Shown here: piece by piece, positions 37,179 through 49,081 of the stretch | Layout: each line of letters starts with the position of its first letter | How positions within the stretch are numbered: the first letter of the stretch is position 1 | NCBI RefSeq assembly: GCF_018350175.1 | Contig: NC_058372.1 | Location: forward strand, 18,290,001-18,354,000 | DNA length: 64,000 nt | From: Felis catus | Lineage: Eukaryota | Direction of reading: 5' to 3' | The notes under the pieces: generated by a model | Seen by the model: the letters and a program-made list of their open reading frames with translations, nothing else | What the model was told of the DNA's origin: nothing | Database searches by the model: none | Program-made: the position numbers and the translations under genes

Positions 37179-39736
37179 TATTTAATTTGGTGGGAATTGA
37201 CATCTTTATTATGTTGATATTTCCAATCAATGAACAGCATATATCTTTCCATTTGTTTATGTCTTCTTTGATTTCTTTCATGAGAATTTTGTAGTTTCCA
37301 CCATACAAGTACTCTACATGTTGTGTTAGATTTGCCCCTAAGTGTTTTTTTTTAGCAATTATAAATGTTTTATGATTTTTAATTTTGACGCGCATGTGTT
37401 TGCTGCCAGAATATAGAAATGCAATGGACTTTTGTATCATTATCTTACATTGTTTGACCTTGCTGAACTTTTATTAACTCTCTAAGATCTTTGTAGATTT
37501 CTTAGCTATTCTTTTTTCTGAAGTTTATTTTTTATTTTGAGAGACAGAGAGCATATGCACATGCACATGAGTGAGGAGGGGCATAGAGAGGGAGAGAGAG
37601 AATCCCAAGAAGCTCAGTGGTATCAGTGCGGAGCCTGATGGAGGGTTTGATCTCATGAACTGTGAGATCGTGACCTGAGCCCAAATCAAGAGTTGGACGC
37701 TTAACCAACTGAGCTACCCAAGCGCCCCAAGATTTCTTAGGATTTTCTTTTTCTTTTTTTTTATTAAAAATTTTCTTAATATTTATTTATTTTTGAGAGA
37801 GAGAGGGAGAGAGGGAATGAGCGAGCATGAGTAGGGGAGGGGCAGAGAGAGAGGAAGACAAATAATCCAAAGCAGGCTCCAGGCTCCGAGCTGTCAGCAC
37901 AGAGCCCGATGCGGGGCTTGAACTCACAAACTGTCAGATCATGACCTGAGCCAAAGTCAGATGTTCAACCAATTGAGCCACCCAGGTGCCCCTCTGAGGA
38001 TTTTCTATATAGACAGTCATGTCTTCCACAAGTTTTACTCTAGTTTCATTTCTTCCTTTTGATATATATATTTTTATTTCCTTTTCTTGCCTTGTTGCAT
38101 TGGTTGGGATTTCTATCATTATGCTGAATAAGAATGATGAGAGTGAACATCCTTGCTTTGTTGCAGCTCTTAGGAGGAAAGCATGGTCTTTCACCACGAA
38201 GTATAACGTTAGTTGTAGATTTCTTGTATACATTTCTTGTCAGTTTGGGGAAGTTCCACTCTATTCCTACTTTTCTGAGAGTATTTTTTCAAAATCATGA
38301 GTGTTTAATTTTGTGAAGGCCTTTCTATATCAATTTTTAAAAAAGTTTATTTATGTAAGTAATCTTTACACTTAATAGAGGGCTTGAACCCACAATCCCA
38401 AGATCAAGAGTCTCACGCTCCCCTGACTGAGCCAGCCAGGCACCCCCTTTTCTGTATCATTTTATGTGTTAATATAGTTTTTCTTCTTTACCCTGTTAAC
38501 ATGTTGGATTGCATTGATTGATTTTCAGTATTGAACCAGGCTTGTATCTCTGCAATGAAATCTAGTTGGTCATGGCATATAAACCTTTTAAATATTCCTG
38601 AATTCTATTTGCTAATGTATTGTCAATAAGATTTGTGTTTATATTAATGAGGACTACTGTTCTGTGGGTTTTTTTTTTTGAAGGTTATTTATTCATTTTT
38701 GGCAGGGGGGGTGGGTGGGCAGGAGAGCACGTGCATGTGTAGAAGTGGAGGAGGGGCAGAGAGAGAGGAGAGAGAGAGAATGTTAAGCAGGCTTTGTGCT
38801 GTCAGTGTGGAGCCCCACCCAGGACTCAAACTCACTAACCATGAGATCATGACCTGAGCTGAAATCAAGAGTCGGATGCTCAACTGACTGAACCACCCAG
38901 GCACCCCTGGGAAACTTTAAATTACAAATTCAATTTCCCTAATAGTTATAAGAAAATTTGAGTGATCTGTTTCATATTAGGTGAGTGGTAAAGGTTTGTA
39001 CTTTTAAAAAATTGGTCCATTTCACCTAAGTTATCAAATTTATATGTTTAAAGTTGGTGGTGGTATTCTCTTCTTATACTTTTGATGTCTGTGGGGTTCA
39101 TAGTGGTATCCCTTGTTTCATTCCTAACACTGGTAGTTTGTATCTTTTTTCCTTTTTCTTTGTCAGTCTAGCTAGAATTTGTCAAATTTATTATTGTTTT
39201 CAAAGAATCGGCTGCCTTTTCTCTATTTTTGTCTTCAGCTTCACCGATTTCTGTTCTTATCTTTAGAATTTCCTTCTCGTTTGGGGTTTATTTTGTTCCT
39301 TTTGTAGATTCTGGATGTAGGAGCTTAGAAAATTGACTTAGACTTTCTTCTTTTCTAACGTATGTATTTAGCGCTATAAATTTCCTTCTTATCACTACTT
39401 TAACTGTGTTCCACAAATTTTGATATATTTTATTTTCATTGTCATTCAGTTCAGTGTTCTTTTAATTTTACTTGAGACATCCTCTTTGACTCATGGGTTA
39501 TTTAGACGTGTATTGCGTATGAATGCATGCTGTATGATTTCAATTCTGTTCAAATCTGTTTACCTTTAGTTTTCTGAAGTTAGACTTTGATGTGCCTTGG
39601 TGTGAGTTTCTTTGAGTTTATCCTATTTTGGGATTTACTGTACTTCTTAGACCTGTATGTTTTCCAAAGTTGGAAAATGTTTCAGGCATTGTTCCTTCTC
39701 CTTCTTCTTCTTCTCCTTCTTCTCATCTTTCTCCTC

Positions 39737-40206
39737 NNNNNNNNNNNNNNNNNNNNNNNNNNNNNNNNNNNNNNNNNNNNNNNNNNNNNNNNNNNNNNNN
39801 NNNNNNNNNNNNNNNNNNNNNNNNNNNNNNNNNNNNNNNNNNNNNNNNNNNNNNNNNNNNNNNNNNNNNNNNNNNNNNNNNNNNNNNNNNNNNNNNNNNN
39901 NNNNNNNNNNNNNNNNNNNNNNNNNNNNNNNNNNNNNNNNNNNNNNNNNNNNNNNNNNNNNNNNNNNNNNNNNNNNNNNNNNNNNNNNNNNNNNNNNNNN
40001 NNNNNNNNNNNNNNNNNNNNNNNNNNNNNNNNNNNNNNNNNNNNNNNNNNNNNNNNNNNNNNNNNNNNNNNNNNNNNNNNNNNNNNNNNNNNNNNNNNNN
40101 NNNNNNNNNNNNNNNNNNNNNNNNNNNNNNNNNNNNNNNNNNNNNNNNNNNNNNNNNNNNNNNNNNNNNNNNNNNNNNNNNNNNNNNNNNNNNNNNNNNN
40201 NNNNNN
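39737..40206. other. N-run, 470 nt
   Basis: Flanked by (CTT/CTC)n low-complexity inside L1; ordinary repeat-associated gap. Confidence 1.
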
Positions 40207-41559
40207 NTCTGTCCTCTTTGTCCTCTCTTTCTGGGACTGTAGTGACAAAATGTTAAACTTTGATTATAGTTCCACAGGTCTCTGAGACTCTGTTTATTTA
40301 TTTAATTTTTCCAGTTAATTTTCTCTCTGTTGTTTAGATTGGCTAATTTCCCTTGTTCTATCTCAGTTGACTGGTCCTTGCCTTTGTCCCTTTCCTTCTG
40401 TTACTGAACCTGTGCAATGAGTTTTCTATTTTGGAAAAATATTTCTTATTTTCATTCAGTTTGAGATCTTCCTGGTTCTTGGTCTGATTAGTGAGTTTGA
40501 AACCTGGACCTTTGTAGTGTTATTTTATGAGATTCTGAATCTAATTTAAACCTTCTGCTTTGCTGGCTTCTTTTGATGCTCTATGGCAGTAGAAGGGGAG
40601 ATGGTAAACCCTTATTCCTGTCAAGTAGGGGTACAAGTCTAGAGGGCTCCTCAGTGCTAACAAGGGCTGGGCGTTTGAGCTCTCCACTGAGCTATGTGGA
40701 TCGGGGTGTAAGAGTGCCTTATTTCTACTCCTCTTATGGCCTCCACTGACACCATCTCCTAATGGGGGTGAAAGTTTCAGCTCCCTGTTTGGCCTTCTTC
40801 GAGGCCTGCCAGCTCTGTGGGTGTGTTTGGGCACCGTGTTACAGCCTCAAGAAGGTAGGAGTCTAGACTCCCCACTGGGCTTTTGCTGGTGTTGGTGTGG
40901 GTGAGGCCATGGGGCTTTGTAGTGTTTTTTTGTTCTGTTTTTGTTTTTTGTTATAGTAGAACAATTATTATCTGAAACTTTTTCTGCCTTGCCAGGCTGC
41001 CCCTTTCCCGTTTCTGTTTGTTTTTGTCTGTGCTTCTTGGGGTTTCCAGGTTGACTTCTTAGCTCCAAATCTTGGATATATGAGGCAAAAAGAAAACTCA
41101 CAGAAATCACTAGATCCTTTTTTGGGTGCTGAGATTCCCTAGCTGGTCCACTTTCTTCTCTCTTCTTATGTTTGTTTTATATACAACCCCCAGGGTCTTT
41201 AGTTTTTTTTGGCAGAAGGAATAGAGAAAAGTAACCTACTTTTTCATCTGTTGAGTCCATCAAAATCTCTCAGTTTTTCACTTCAGTATTTCTTTTCATT
41301 AAAATTTTCCTCATTTCTTACTGCCTCAGAGGGAGAAATTCTGTTTGGCTGTCTGGGGTCTCTCCAACCATCCCATTTCCTTTTGTCTGCTTTGAAAATT
41401 TGCTCCACCAATTATCCCTTTCTGCTTGTATCTTGAGTCTTACTAGATAAATACCCTCCTTCAGTTTGAGGCACACTTGTCTTAAAGAAACTGACCTTTG
41501 ACATGTTCTTTCCTAAGATAGACCTCTATTTTTTCCCTTCGCTTAAATGTCAGTCTTCT

Positions 41560-42660
41560 TGAAAGCCATATCTGTACTCTCTGCTTCCACTGATTTGCTG
41601 CCATTTCCACCCTTGATCCTTTGCGATCTTTCTACTGACCTCACCAGTCTATTGAAACTGTATTCTCAAAGGTCACTGATCGGTTCCTGGAAGTCAGATC
41701 CAATGGCCCTTCCTCATTCACATCACGTTCACTTCTCTGTGGCGTTCGGCCCCACAAGCATTTGGAAATTCCTTTCTCCTTGGGCTTCATGGTTCTGAAT
41801 GACCCTCTTCCCTCCTCCACTTCCCTTCTTCCTCCAACACTTGACTTGCCTTCAAAGTTTTATTCTCACTTTGCTTTTCTCTGTCATTCAGTTCCAAACC
41901 TTCAGCCCATGGATGATTCTAAAATAACATGCTGAGGATGCGAAATTTTTACCTCCACTTCCGACTTCTTTCTGTGGGCTTTCATTTGACATTTCCAAGG
42001 GCCTCTCATTTGCCACCAGATGTCCAGCCAATCGGTCAAAAAAAAAAAAAAAGTATGCGTAAAATCCAAATCTTCCTCTTATCTCCACCACATCCTCATG
42101 TTTCTGTGTTTCCAGTTTCTGTGAATAGAACCAGTACCTTTTCTGTCACCAAGTGTTGAGACTTCAGTGTGATGCTTGACGTGGCCCAGCTCTCACATGA
42201 CAGCTTCCAGTAGAAAATCACCACCTCGTCCACAGCTTACCCAGTTGGGTAAACTTCAGCTTTTGCTTAGATTATTCTAGTAGTTCCCTAGTTGGTGTTC
42301 CTGCTGCCAGTCAATTTCCAGTGTAATCAGTTTTATACATTGTGGCCAGATTAATCTCCCTTTAATGGCTTCTCTTCCCGAACTTAATTTTGTTTGGCAG
42401 GCATTCAACACTTCCGTGATCTGGCCTCCACCTACCTTTCCAGCATTATTCCAACACTATTCCCGCCGAGGGACAGCATGCTCCCGCAAAACTGAAATAT
42501 CTATTGTTCTGTCATCCTAACTCTCCCTTCCCCCTCCAGCAGTTAAAATGGAGGTATTCTTTCCATCCTCTCCTAGCACTTAATAGGTCTCTTTCTTAGA
42601 GTACTTACTAATTTAGAAGTTGTGTTAGAGATATATACTGATCTTACTTCTACTAGGGTG
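41560..42660 (+). mobile_element. L2 ORF2/3' fragment
   Basis: ctattgaaactgtattctcaaaggtcactgat...atccaatggc...cttctctgtggcgttc matches L2 RT region (STETAL-KV-NDL...DLS-AFD motif DNA). Confidence 0.7.
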
Positions 42661-42824
42661 TCAACTTAGAATCAGGTGGGATGATCATCCGACGATTCAT
42701 TGATTAACTCATTCAACGGACTTCTAAGGCATCTTAGGTTCTGAGCAAGGCAGTGGGGATATGACAGTAAAAAAACCCTCCTTATATTGCTTATAGCCTT
42801 GGGTCTTTGTTCTTAGTTGTTGTT

Positions 42825-43042
42825 GTTGCCTTAAAGTTTATTTATTTTGAGAGAGAGAAAGAGTGCCCACATGTGCGCGTGAGCAGGGGAGGGGCAGAGA
42901 GAGGAAGAGAGAGAATCCCAAACAGGCTCCACATTGTCAGCTCAGAGCCTGACTCGGGACTCGATCCCACGAACCACGAGAACATGACCTGAGCAGAGAT
43001 CAAGAGTTGGGTGGTTCACCGACTGAACCACCCAGGTGCCCC
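42825..43042 (-). mobile_element. Can-SINE
   Basis: TSD ttcttagtt(g/a)ttgtt. Confidence 0.9.
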
Positions 43043-44976
43043 TATTCTTAGTTATTGTTAGTTTGTTTTTATCTTGTAAAGAATGCTTAGTCCTAGGTCA
43101 GTGCCTGGAAGAGTTCCCAGTCAATGCCTGGCATGGTCATAGGTCAATGCTCGGTGTATTAAGTAGATACTTCCTACTAAATAAATTAATAAGATTACCA
43201 AAGATGCACGGTGACTTTGTTTTTAAACTTCCCCTCATTTAAGCCTCATTGGTGAAAGAGAAAATAAAAGTTGAGCAGCAGAGACAAAATATTCCTTAGA
43301 AATAAATGCAAATGCAGGAATATATCATCTGGGTCTTTGGAGTAAGGCTATGATCTGGCAGACATTTCAACCAGTTTTACAAATGATAGCAATATTTAAA
43401 GAACATCGGTCTCAAAAGACGTATTTTTGTAAGAATGAATAAAACCACGACTATGGGAGCTGTCTACTCCAACTGGCTCTCCATCCTTAATTGGAGGTTT
43501 CGTAGCATAATAAGACATTTGTCCTCTTTGTATTTGAGACAGGGGTTTCATTTTACTTCCTACTGAGCTCTCCGGGGCGAAATTTTCTGTTGCAGTTTGT
43601 CCTGTGTGTCCTGTGTGTTCTGTCTCCCCGAGTCCTTCCTCACAGCTCTCCGGGACCGGCGTCTGAGCTTGAACACAAAGATTTGCTGGGAAAATGGAAT
43701 AGCAAAACCAAGAAAGTGAACAGTGTCTAAGAGCGCCTGCGCTTTGCAAAGAATGCAGAATGCCGGAACTGCCTCTTGGTTTTCACTCCTCCTATCTTAG
43801 CAGCGTTGTCACAAAGTCAACGGTCGAAATGTGAGGCTGGGTCACTGCTTTTCTGCTCCCCAGATCTCACCCTGGAAATATTTCCTCTGCTCCTTGAATC
43901 GCACGCATTCCATTGTCAGTGGCCAACAAGAATAAAACAAATTCATCCTAAAGGTTTAATTTGCTTTGCCTTCATGCTGCTCGGGAAATCCTTAAATCCC
44001 TGAATGTTTCATTAGTTGCGTTGTTCTTTAATTCCTTGTCAAACTCCTTTCAAACACATTTAGAGTTTGAGAGTCGCTGGCTGGGTTTCATTTCCATAGT
44101 CATTTCTAAACCATGCCATGAACTTTGGGGCCTCGGAAGAATTTCCAGTAGACTGCGCACTCTGTCACACTTTTGTCTGTCTGGGGACCTGAAACAGATT
44201 GAGCAGTTAAAGATATCTCTCTTTAAAGGTAAAATTCTCTTTGTCCGGTGGGGTATCGAAGCCTTCTTGCTCTGTCTTTCTAGCTCTCTCACCCACAAAT
44301 CTCCACGTATGGGTGCAGGGGTCCCTATAAATCAGCTTAGTAGGCCAGTATACGCCAGAATAAGGGCTTCCCCCTCAATGTCAGACAGCTCCCGTCACGT
44401 TCTCTCCTTCTTTCTAGGCTTGTGCTTGGTTTGGGGTAGTGCATAGGGAGAGGGTCTAACTCCTTTCCCTACCCCACCTCCTTCAAGAACTGGCTGTTAG
44501 TCCTTAAGAAGATCTTTGCTTCAGTGACTGGGTTTGGGGGCATCGACAAGACCTAAATTTTCTCAAGTGACAGAGTGAATACTTCCAGCACCATTCCCCC
44601 CCCCCCCCCAATAGGCATTCACCTCGCCATTGGGTATTTTCTTTCTGATAACGGTCTGAGGAAGACAGTGATTTATGGATAGATTTTTGGTAGGAAGCCC
44701 CACTGTGCGTGCAAATTCGGCCCCTCTGCGGATGCATTCATATTTGAACGTTAGAAAAGAGGAAGCAATGCCAACTCGGAAACTTCAGAGGACACGGAGT
44801 GGGCAAATCCCTGAGTCACACCACACGGCAGAACGACTTGCGCACAAAACCAAAATGGCAGCTGGTTCTGAGATTTCATGAACGCATAACAGTCCAAACG
44901 CCAAAACCCCCCAAAATTCTATTTAAGCCATTTTTCCCCCTCTCTATAGGAACCGAGCCTGTCAGCCGCATAAACA

Positions 44977-45234
44977 NNNNNNNNNNNNNNNNNNNNNNNN
45001 NNNNNNNNNNNNNNNNNNNNNNNNNNNNNNNNNNNNNNNNNNNNNNNNNNNNNNNNNNNNNNNNNNNNNNNNNNNNNNNNNNNNNNNNNNNNNNNNNNNN
45101 NNNNNNNNNNNNNNNNNNNNNNNNNNNNNNNNNNNNNNNNNNNNNNNNNNNNNNNNNNNNNNNNNNNNNNNNNNNNNNNNNNNNNNNNNNNNNNNNNNNN
45201 NNNNNNNNNNNNNNNNNNNNNNNNNNNNNNNNNN
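44977..45234. other. N-run, 258 nt
   Basis: Directly visible; unique flanks. Confidence 1.
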
Positions 45235-45419
45235 TTCCCTGGCTGCGATGTGCTGTTGTGCTTGGAACAAGCCTCTGTTTAGGCTGTCAGTGACAGGACT
45301 CCAGCTTCCTGCTTGGGAAAGAGCAGCAGCCTATTATAATCATACCCAGCATGATGGCACTGGCCAGATGCGAACGCAGAGCCCACAAAGGTATTAGCTA
45401 AAAATGAGACAGCGCTGCC

Positions 45420-46270
45420 AACGCATCTCCAGCCTTCATTTAAAAACTACAGCGACTGCAGCCAGTCACGCGGGCGGTGTTGGAGGCTTTAGCAGGAAGG
45501 TAGGCAGAGATGACAGCAAGTTCCATGTGATTTATTTCTGCGTTCCAGCCTGCATTCCCAGCTGAACCGGAGCACGGCGAACTTGCATCTGTTCCACGGG
45601 CAGCCTTGGGCCTCTCGGTTCCCGCCGTGCAGTCCTCAGCAGAAGCCCGGTTTTGTGCCTTGTGTGCCGGTGCACGCGCGGGCTCGCCCCGTCTCTTCCT
45701 CTCCGGGCCTCCGGACTCGGAAGCGCCTGGGAGAACAAACCGGGTCCCGGAGAGGAGAACTGGACAATCTGGGGGCGGGGGTGGGGGGTGGGGGGTGGTC
45801 CCCACCTGGCGCTGGGAGGCGGGGTGGGTTGCAGAGAAGCATCACGCAGCTAAATGGTCTTTCGTGCCGCCTGTACACAGCTATAAAACCAGAAAGGTCA
45901 AGCATCCAACTTTTTACGAGTCCAACTCGCGTGACTTGGCAGTTTTTTTTTTCTTTTTTCTTTTTTTCCTGCAAGGATCCTGGGCTGCCGGTTTTAAGAG
46001 AGCGGTGTGAACAAAGGAAAGGAATCAGGCAGATTGTGGGAGAGTGCCTGGCAACTGTTGTTGGGCGCTCATCGGCCCACCCAGGGCCCAAGCAGGGCGA
46101 AGGGGCAAAGCCCATTCTCAAAGGACCAGGAATTCCTCGAAGCCGGCCTTCAGATGTAGTTTCTAAGCCTGGGGAAATGCGTCTCCAGTACGTTCGGTAA
46201 ACTTTTTATCAGTCCACGGGAAAAAAGTTGTCCCCGTGTTACCGTGGCTTACGGATACCTCCCGGGGGTT
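45420..46270 (+). promoter_or_regulatory. Small CpG-island-like region with GC boxes, G-quadruplex motif and TATA-like element
   Basis: Dense CpG; G5-C-G5-T-G6-T-G6 at 45771-45795; gggaggcgggg 45814-45824; TATAAAA 45882-45888. Confidence 0.5.
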
Positions 46271-46466
46271 CTGCATGAGGAAGAAATGTACAAACTAAGT
46301 GGGATCAAATAAAATAATTTACTAAACATGTTCGAGATGCTGTATAGGGCCACATGACCCACGGGTTTGAAAGTAACTTCCCTACAGGTGCTCCCTTAGC
46401 AAGAGTGTTGTCTCTTATTATATAAGAGTTCATTCCATTTCTAACTATCAGTTTCATGATATCTTT

Positions 46467-46684
46467 CTTTCTTTCTTTTTTTTTTTGATGTTTATTTATT
46501 TCTGAGAGAGAGAGACAGAGAGGGTGTGAGCAGGGGGGAGAGAGAGAGAGAGAGAGAGAGAGAAGCCCAAGCAGGCTGTGTGCTCTCAGCACCGAGCAGG
46601 GCACAGGGCTTGAACTCACGAGCTGTGAGATCACGACCTGAGCCAAAGTCAGACGCTTAACCCACTGAGCTACCCAGGCGCCCC
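46467..46684 (-). mobile_element. Can-SINE
   Basis: TSD catgat(a/g)tcttt. Confidence 0.9.
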
Positions 46685-47558
46685 CATGATGTCTTTGCGA
46701 TTAAGAAAAAACCTTTTCTACTCTATGAACTATTGGCTGGCTTTTCTTTTCCTCTGCTTGTGACTGATGGGTTTGATTACTTTCATTGGCAAACGCACGC
46801 GACCCTTCTCAACAACCTTGTAATCCAGTTTGTTTTGTAACTTTTCTTTATTTTGTGTTTTAGATCATCAAAGTGGGTAACTAGACGGGTGGTATCCCAG
46901 TGTAAGTATTCCAAGGTATCTAGTCCATACGGGAAAGAGAGCTGGAGGATTGTAACCTCCATGCTTTATTATAGACGTTTATTTGTCCTGTGGGGGGAAA
47001 ATGATTTGAGGAGATAGAAGACTTATAAATGTGTGCAAACTAAAGTCGGTTGTCCTGAAAGTAACACAATTGATCCAACAGTATTGGAGTTTAATATGTT
47101 GGGGAAAACATTTTGGGGGAGACCAGCGTGTCCAGGATTCTGTGAGCTGAGCAGGTATTAGTACAATTTGGCTTCAGTTTTTCGGTAACTTTGCTCTTTA
47201 AACCGTCACAAGGAATCGCTAACCTGTCCGATTTTTCAGCTAATATTGCTTTTCCCCGAGTACACTTTTCCTGGACTCGTTCTTTTGTTTCTTTTCCTCC
47301 CCATCCCCCTTCTCTTCCCATCCCCCTTCTCCTGGCCACCAGCTCAGCTGCCCCTTCTGCTGCCATTCTCGGGTCAGCCACTTGAGAGGCTCCCACGGGC
47401 CTCAGTGCAGGGACTCCAGGCCGAATGGGGTCTTAGCAACACCAGCCCCATTGCGATGGAAATTTCAAGACTCGGCTGCTTCAGCAATGATCAGGCTTTC
47501 TTTTCCCTTTTTTCTCTCTTTTCTCTCTCTTTTATAATTTTTTTGCCTCACCTCGCCT

Positions 47559-47774
47559 NNNNNNNNNNNNNNNNNNNNNNNNNNNNNNNNNNNNNNNNNN
47601 NNNNNNNNNNNNNNNNNNNNNNNNNNNNNNNNNNNNNNNNNNNNNNNNNNNNNNNNNNNNNNNNNNNNNNNNNNNNNNNNNNNNNNNNNNNNNNNNNNNN
47701 NNNNNNNNNNNNNNNNNNNNNNNNNNNNNNNNNNNNNNNNNNNNNNNNNNNNNNNNNNNNNNNNNNNNNNNNNN
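47559..47774. other. N-run, 216 nt
   Basis: Directly visible; pyrimidine-rich left flank, ATGCAAAT 47787-47794 on right. Confidence 1.
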
Positions 47775-47820
47775 TTTTAGCTTTTTATGCAAATGCTAAA
47801 CCCCCAAATCCTTCTCTCAG

Positions 47821-48040
47821 TTTTTTTTTTCTTTTTGAGAGAGAGAGAGCGTGCACATGCTTGTGTTGCAAGCAGGGGAGAGGCAGAGGGAAAGAGAGAG
47901 AGACAGAGAGAGAGGTAGGGAGAGAGAGAGAATCTTAAGCAGGCTATATGCCCAGCACAGAGCCCAAACTCACAACGGTGAGACCATGGCCTCAGCCAAC
48001 ACGAACAGTCAGACGCTTAACCGACTGAGCCCCCGGCATG
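47821..48040 (-). mobile_element. Can-SINE (diverged)
   Basis: gtcagacgcttaaccgactgagcc motif, (GA)n linker. Confidence 0.85.
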
Positions 48041-48349
48041 CTGAACCTCATGTTCCCCTTGACTGTTGAGAAGAGGAATCGTGGGAGGTTGGATTCATTT
48101 GTTGTCTGAGCAGGTGTATGGGGACACACCCACACTTCCCGGAAAACCACTCCAAGTGTGGGCAGGATAAGACACTCATTCCCTATTGATGACAAATGAG
48201 TCAGTTCTATTTTGTCTCAAGAGAACTGCTTGTTCTAATAAGCATCTGAGTTCACGGATTAGAAAGGTATAGAGCACTCAGAAAAACACTGGCCGTTTGT
48301 CCCCAGTGGAATATGTGTGGAATACTGCTAAGGAACTGCAAGAAAACAT

Positions 48350-49048
48350 AATTGAATACATGGTTAGTATTTTGAGCAAACTACTATAAGTTCAGATGAA
48401 TTAAGAATAAAAATAAAAGTTTTTATTTGACTTTCACTTCTTCCTTCTCTGACGCTTTTCCATTCTTCCTGCAGATCTGAGTTTCCGACCTAGATGATTT
48501 TCCGTCTCTCTGAAGAACTTCTTTTCACATTTCTTGCCAGACATCTCTACTGGCAATGAATTCCTTCAATTTTTGTTTGAGAAAATCTTTACTTCCCTGT
48601 TTCTTCTGAAGAGTAATTTTACAGATTACAGAATTCTAGATTGGGGATTTTTGGTTTTTTCCTTTTTCCTTTTACCACTTAATTAAACAATTTTTTTTAA
48701 ACGTTTATTTATTTTGAGAGATGGAGGTGGGGAGAGAGAATCCCAAGCAGGCTTCACACTGTCAGTGTAGAGCCTGATGCAAGGCTTGAACCATGAGATC
48801 ATGACCTGAGCCAAAATCAGGAGTTGGACACTCAACCAACTGAGCCAGCCAGGCGCCCCTTCATTTAGCACTTTAAATACTCTACTCTCTTCTTGCCTGC
48901 ATGCTCCGAAGGGGAAGTCAGATGTAATTATTATTTTTTGCTCTTCTATAGGTGAGGTAAGGTTTTTGGTTTTCTTCTCATCTGGTTTCTTTCAGGGTGT
49001 TTTCTTTATATCTGATTTTTCTGTAGTTTGAATATGCCATGCTTGGGC

Positions 49049-49081
<33 letters not shown>

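Larger units (their letters stand above)
36018..41260 (-). mobile_element. Large degraded L1 (L1M-type ORF2 plus 5' region) with nested MLT1 and four Can-SINEs (37510-37728, 37748-37992, 38333-38446, 38668-38907)
   Basis: Minus-strand ORF remnants IQKSIAFLY...NYKILMKEIKEDINKWKDICCSLIG and TKQGCSLSSFLFSI...RQEKEIK...EDMTVYIENP match L1 ORF2 RT region, broken by stops and frameshifts. Confidence 0.9.

Noticed and set aside
45583-46200. 205-aa and overlapping ORFs
   Set aside because: Stop-poor GC-rich DNA open in several frames, crossing poly-G and poly-T tracts; no homology recognised.
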